From the NCBI RefSeq assembly GCF_009914755.1, contig NC_060931.1: a stretch of 64,000 nt of DNA; one strand, 5' to 3'. A program made the position numbers and the translations under genes. The DNA comes from the human T2T-CHM13v2.0 reference genome, Homo sapiens. The notes under the pieces were generated by a model, which was not told the origin of the DNA, searched no databases, and worked only from the letters and a program-made list of their open reading frames with translations. Shown piece after piece: positions 61,203-64,000 of this stretch; the stretch's first letter is position 1, and every line of letters begins with the position of its first letter.

Positions 61203-63240
61203 TTACAAGCGTGGAGGCAGGCGCCACCCCAGAGGAGGTGGGTGATGTCTGAGCCAGAGTCTTTGGGATGAGCAGGGCTTTGGCAGGCAGCTTTGTTGGG
61301 CAGGCAACAGGCACAGCAGGTGCAATGGCATCGAGGTTGGAGAGGTGGACTGGCGGGGAGAAGAGAAGGGAGGGTGGCAGGAGAGATGGGCAGAGGCCCC
61401 CCAGGAGCCCAGAGCCTTCAGGGCTTTGGGCCCTCTTGGGGCACTGGGGAGCCACGGGAGAAGTGTGGGGTGGAGAGGGGCGCCCTGGATTTGACCACCT
61501 TCAGGAACCTACCTTGGCTGCCCGGGTGGGTGGGATGGAGGTGATGAAGGTGGAGGTCGTAGCATTGTCACTGAGAGCGATGCTTATTCTGATTTTTGCC
61601 CCCGTGAGCCTCAGAAATCGGTCAGAACAGTGCTCGGGCTGGGCGTGGTGGCTCACGCCTGGAATCCCAGCACTTTGGGAGGCCGAGGCGGGCGGATCAC
61701 CTGAGGTCAGGAGTTTGAGACCAGCCTGGCCAACATGGCAAAACCCCGTCTCTACTAAAAACACAAAAATTAGCTGGGTGTAGTGGTGCATGCCTGTAAT
61801 CCAGCTACTCCAGAGGCTGAGGCCTCCCTGGGAGGCGGAGTGCAGTGAGCCAAGATTGTACCACCGCCCCTCCAGCCTGGGTAACAGAGTGAGACTCTGT
61901 CTCAAAACAAACAAAAAAGAACAAACCAAAACCAGTGCTCCAATTCACCTTGCTGAATTGGAGAAGAACAGGTGCCTGGGTCCTCCCGGCTGACGGTGAC
62001 GTCACTATGAGCCACCACGCCTGGCCCGGTGGGTGTTTACAGCAGAGGTGGTTCAGGGAGGAGTGAGTGGCAGATGGTGCAGGCTCAGGGAGGAGTGAGT
62101 GGCAGGTGGGGCCTGAGGCCAGAGGCAGGAGGACCGTTCAAGACTGAGGTGTCTTGGGCACTGGTGCCGGGGCCGGGGAGAGCCCTGGCATGCCGGGCCC
62201 CGGCCCTCAGTGAAAGCAGGATGAGGTGGCGGCCAAGCAGGGAGGCCAAGGCCTGGCAGCAGCCGGCAGCCCCTCTCCTGGCAGGGACATCTTGGCAGGA
62301 GCCGGGCTCTGCCCAGGGCGCTAATGTCCTCTTAATTAGCCAGGCACTTGCCAAGCACTTGCCGCTGCGGCCTCACTTTGCAGAACGCACTTGGGTTTGG
62401 AGCAGGACCAGCATCGGCCACCGGGTGAGTAGGGGGGATGGCCAGGTGAGTACCATGGCCAGAAGGTGCGGCCTCTGAGTCCCCACTGAAGCCAATCCAG
62501 GCCCCGACCTCTGGTCATCATCAACAGAAGAGTGACAGAAACAGAAAAGATATCAAGGAACACGTTTTCAGGGCCAGATTCCAGGTCCCCCACCTATTTT
62601 CCTTTGCTCCTGCCTTGCCTGGCTCTGCCCCCTTGAACTCTTATTCACCCAGTGTAGGCATCACCTCCTCCTGAAGGCCCTCCTGGACTGCACAGTTAAC
62701 TCTGGAGCCTCCCCTGCACAGGGCAGCTCATGTATGGATCCACAGGTGAGTTCCTGTCTTTGAAGGGTTACAGTTTAGGTCCTGGAGCAGTGGTGGGGAG
62801 GTCACACCTCCACCCACATCCCTCTTTGCAAATCCCATGGGAACTATGAGCCTGGGTCCCCCAAACTGCATGTTCCCCACTTAAAGCTGGGCCAGATCCT
62901 GTTTGCTGTATCCAGGCCTCAGTTTCCCTGCTTGTAACCAGAAGTCCATGCAGCCAGAAATTGTCAGGGAGCTGGGCACGGTGGCTCATGCCTGTAATCC
63001 CAGCACTTTCAGAGGCTGAGGCAGGAGGTTCACTTGTGATCAGGAGTTTGGGACCCCAGCCTGGGCAATACAATGAGATCCCTGCCTCTACCAAAAAATT
63101 AAAAACAATTAGCCAGGCCTGGAGGCATACACTTGTAGTCCTAGCTATTCAAGGGAGGCTGAGGTGGGAGGATCACTTGAGTCCAGGAGTTTGTGGCTGG
63201 GGTGAGCTCTGATTGTACCACTGCACTCCAGCCTGGGTAA

Positions 63241-63486
<246 letters not shown>

Positions 63487-63716
63487 TGAACTCCTGACCT
63501 TAGGTGATCCATGCCCCCTTGGCCTCCTAAATTGCTGGGATTATAGGCATGAGCCACCGGGCCTGGCCGAGACCCTGTTTTAAAAAAATTAATCAGGTCC
63601 AGTGCGGTGGCTCACGCCTGTAATCCCAGCACTTTGGGAGGCCGAGGAGGGCAGATCACCTGAGATCGGGAGTTCGAGACCAGCCTGACCAACATGCAGA
63701 AACCCCGTCTCTACTA

Positions 63717-63875
<159 letters not shown>

Positions 63876-63878
63876 TCA

Positions 63879-63920
<42 letters not shown>
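63879..63920. repeat. (AAT)14 microsatellite from an Alu tail
   Basis: Direct read. Confidence 0.93.
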
Positions 63921-64000
63921 TGGTAGAGATGTTGGTAGAGGCAGGACAGTGGGAGTGACAGCCTGGTCCTGTCCTCCCGGGCTCTGGCTGACCATGCTGT

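Overview
Primate, almost certainly human, genomic DNA containing the complete cytoplasmic beta-actin gene ACTB on the minus strand. The TSS is at ~6124, the CDS spans 5180->3271 in 5 coding exons (1128 nt, 375 aa, all introns GT-AG), and the poly(A) site is at ~2671. About 58 kb of very Alu-rich upstream DNA follows; from memory this is 7p22.1, towards FSCN1, which is not in the window. The upstream DNA holds three further CpG-rich regulatory islands (~30.6-32.3, ~37.7-39.3 and ~45.2-46.0 kb). It also holds a processed S100A11 pseudogene, a degraded ERV pol relic, a solo LTR2 (HERV-E) inserted in an Alu, a MER67-like LTR with stacked insertions, and simple repeats. No new protein-coding system is supported: nearly all long ORFs in the track are Alu-, GC- or microsatellite-derived. 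The best leads are regulatory: (1) a distal CpG island 25 kb upstream carrying exact copies of the ACTB promoter/intron CArG box; (2) a 41-nt poison exon in intron 3; (3) a far-upstream promoter/splice chain with an Alu exon whose uORF would overlap the actin AUG; (4) a near-identical inverted repeat flanking a 490-nt polypurine tract. Repeat-family names are from recalled consensus sequences, not from a search.
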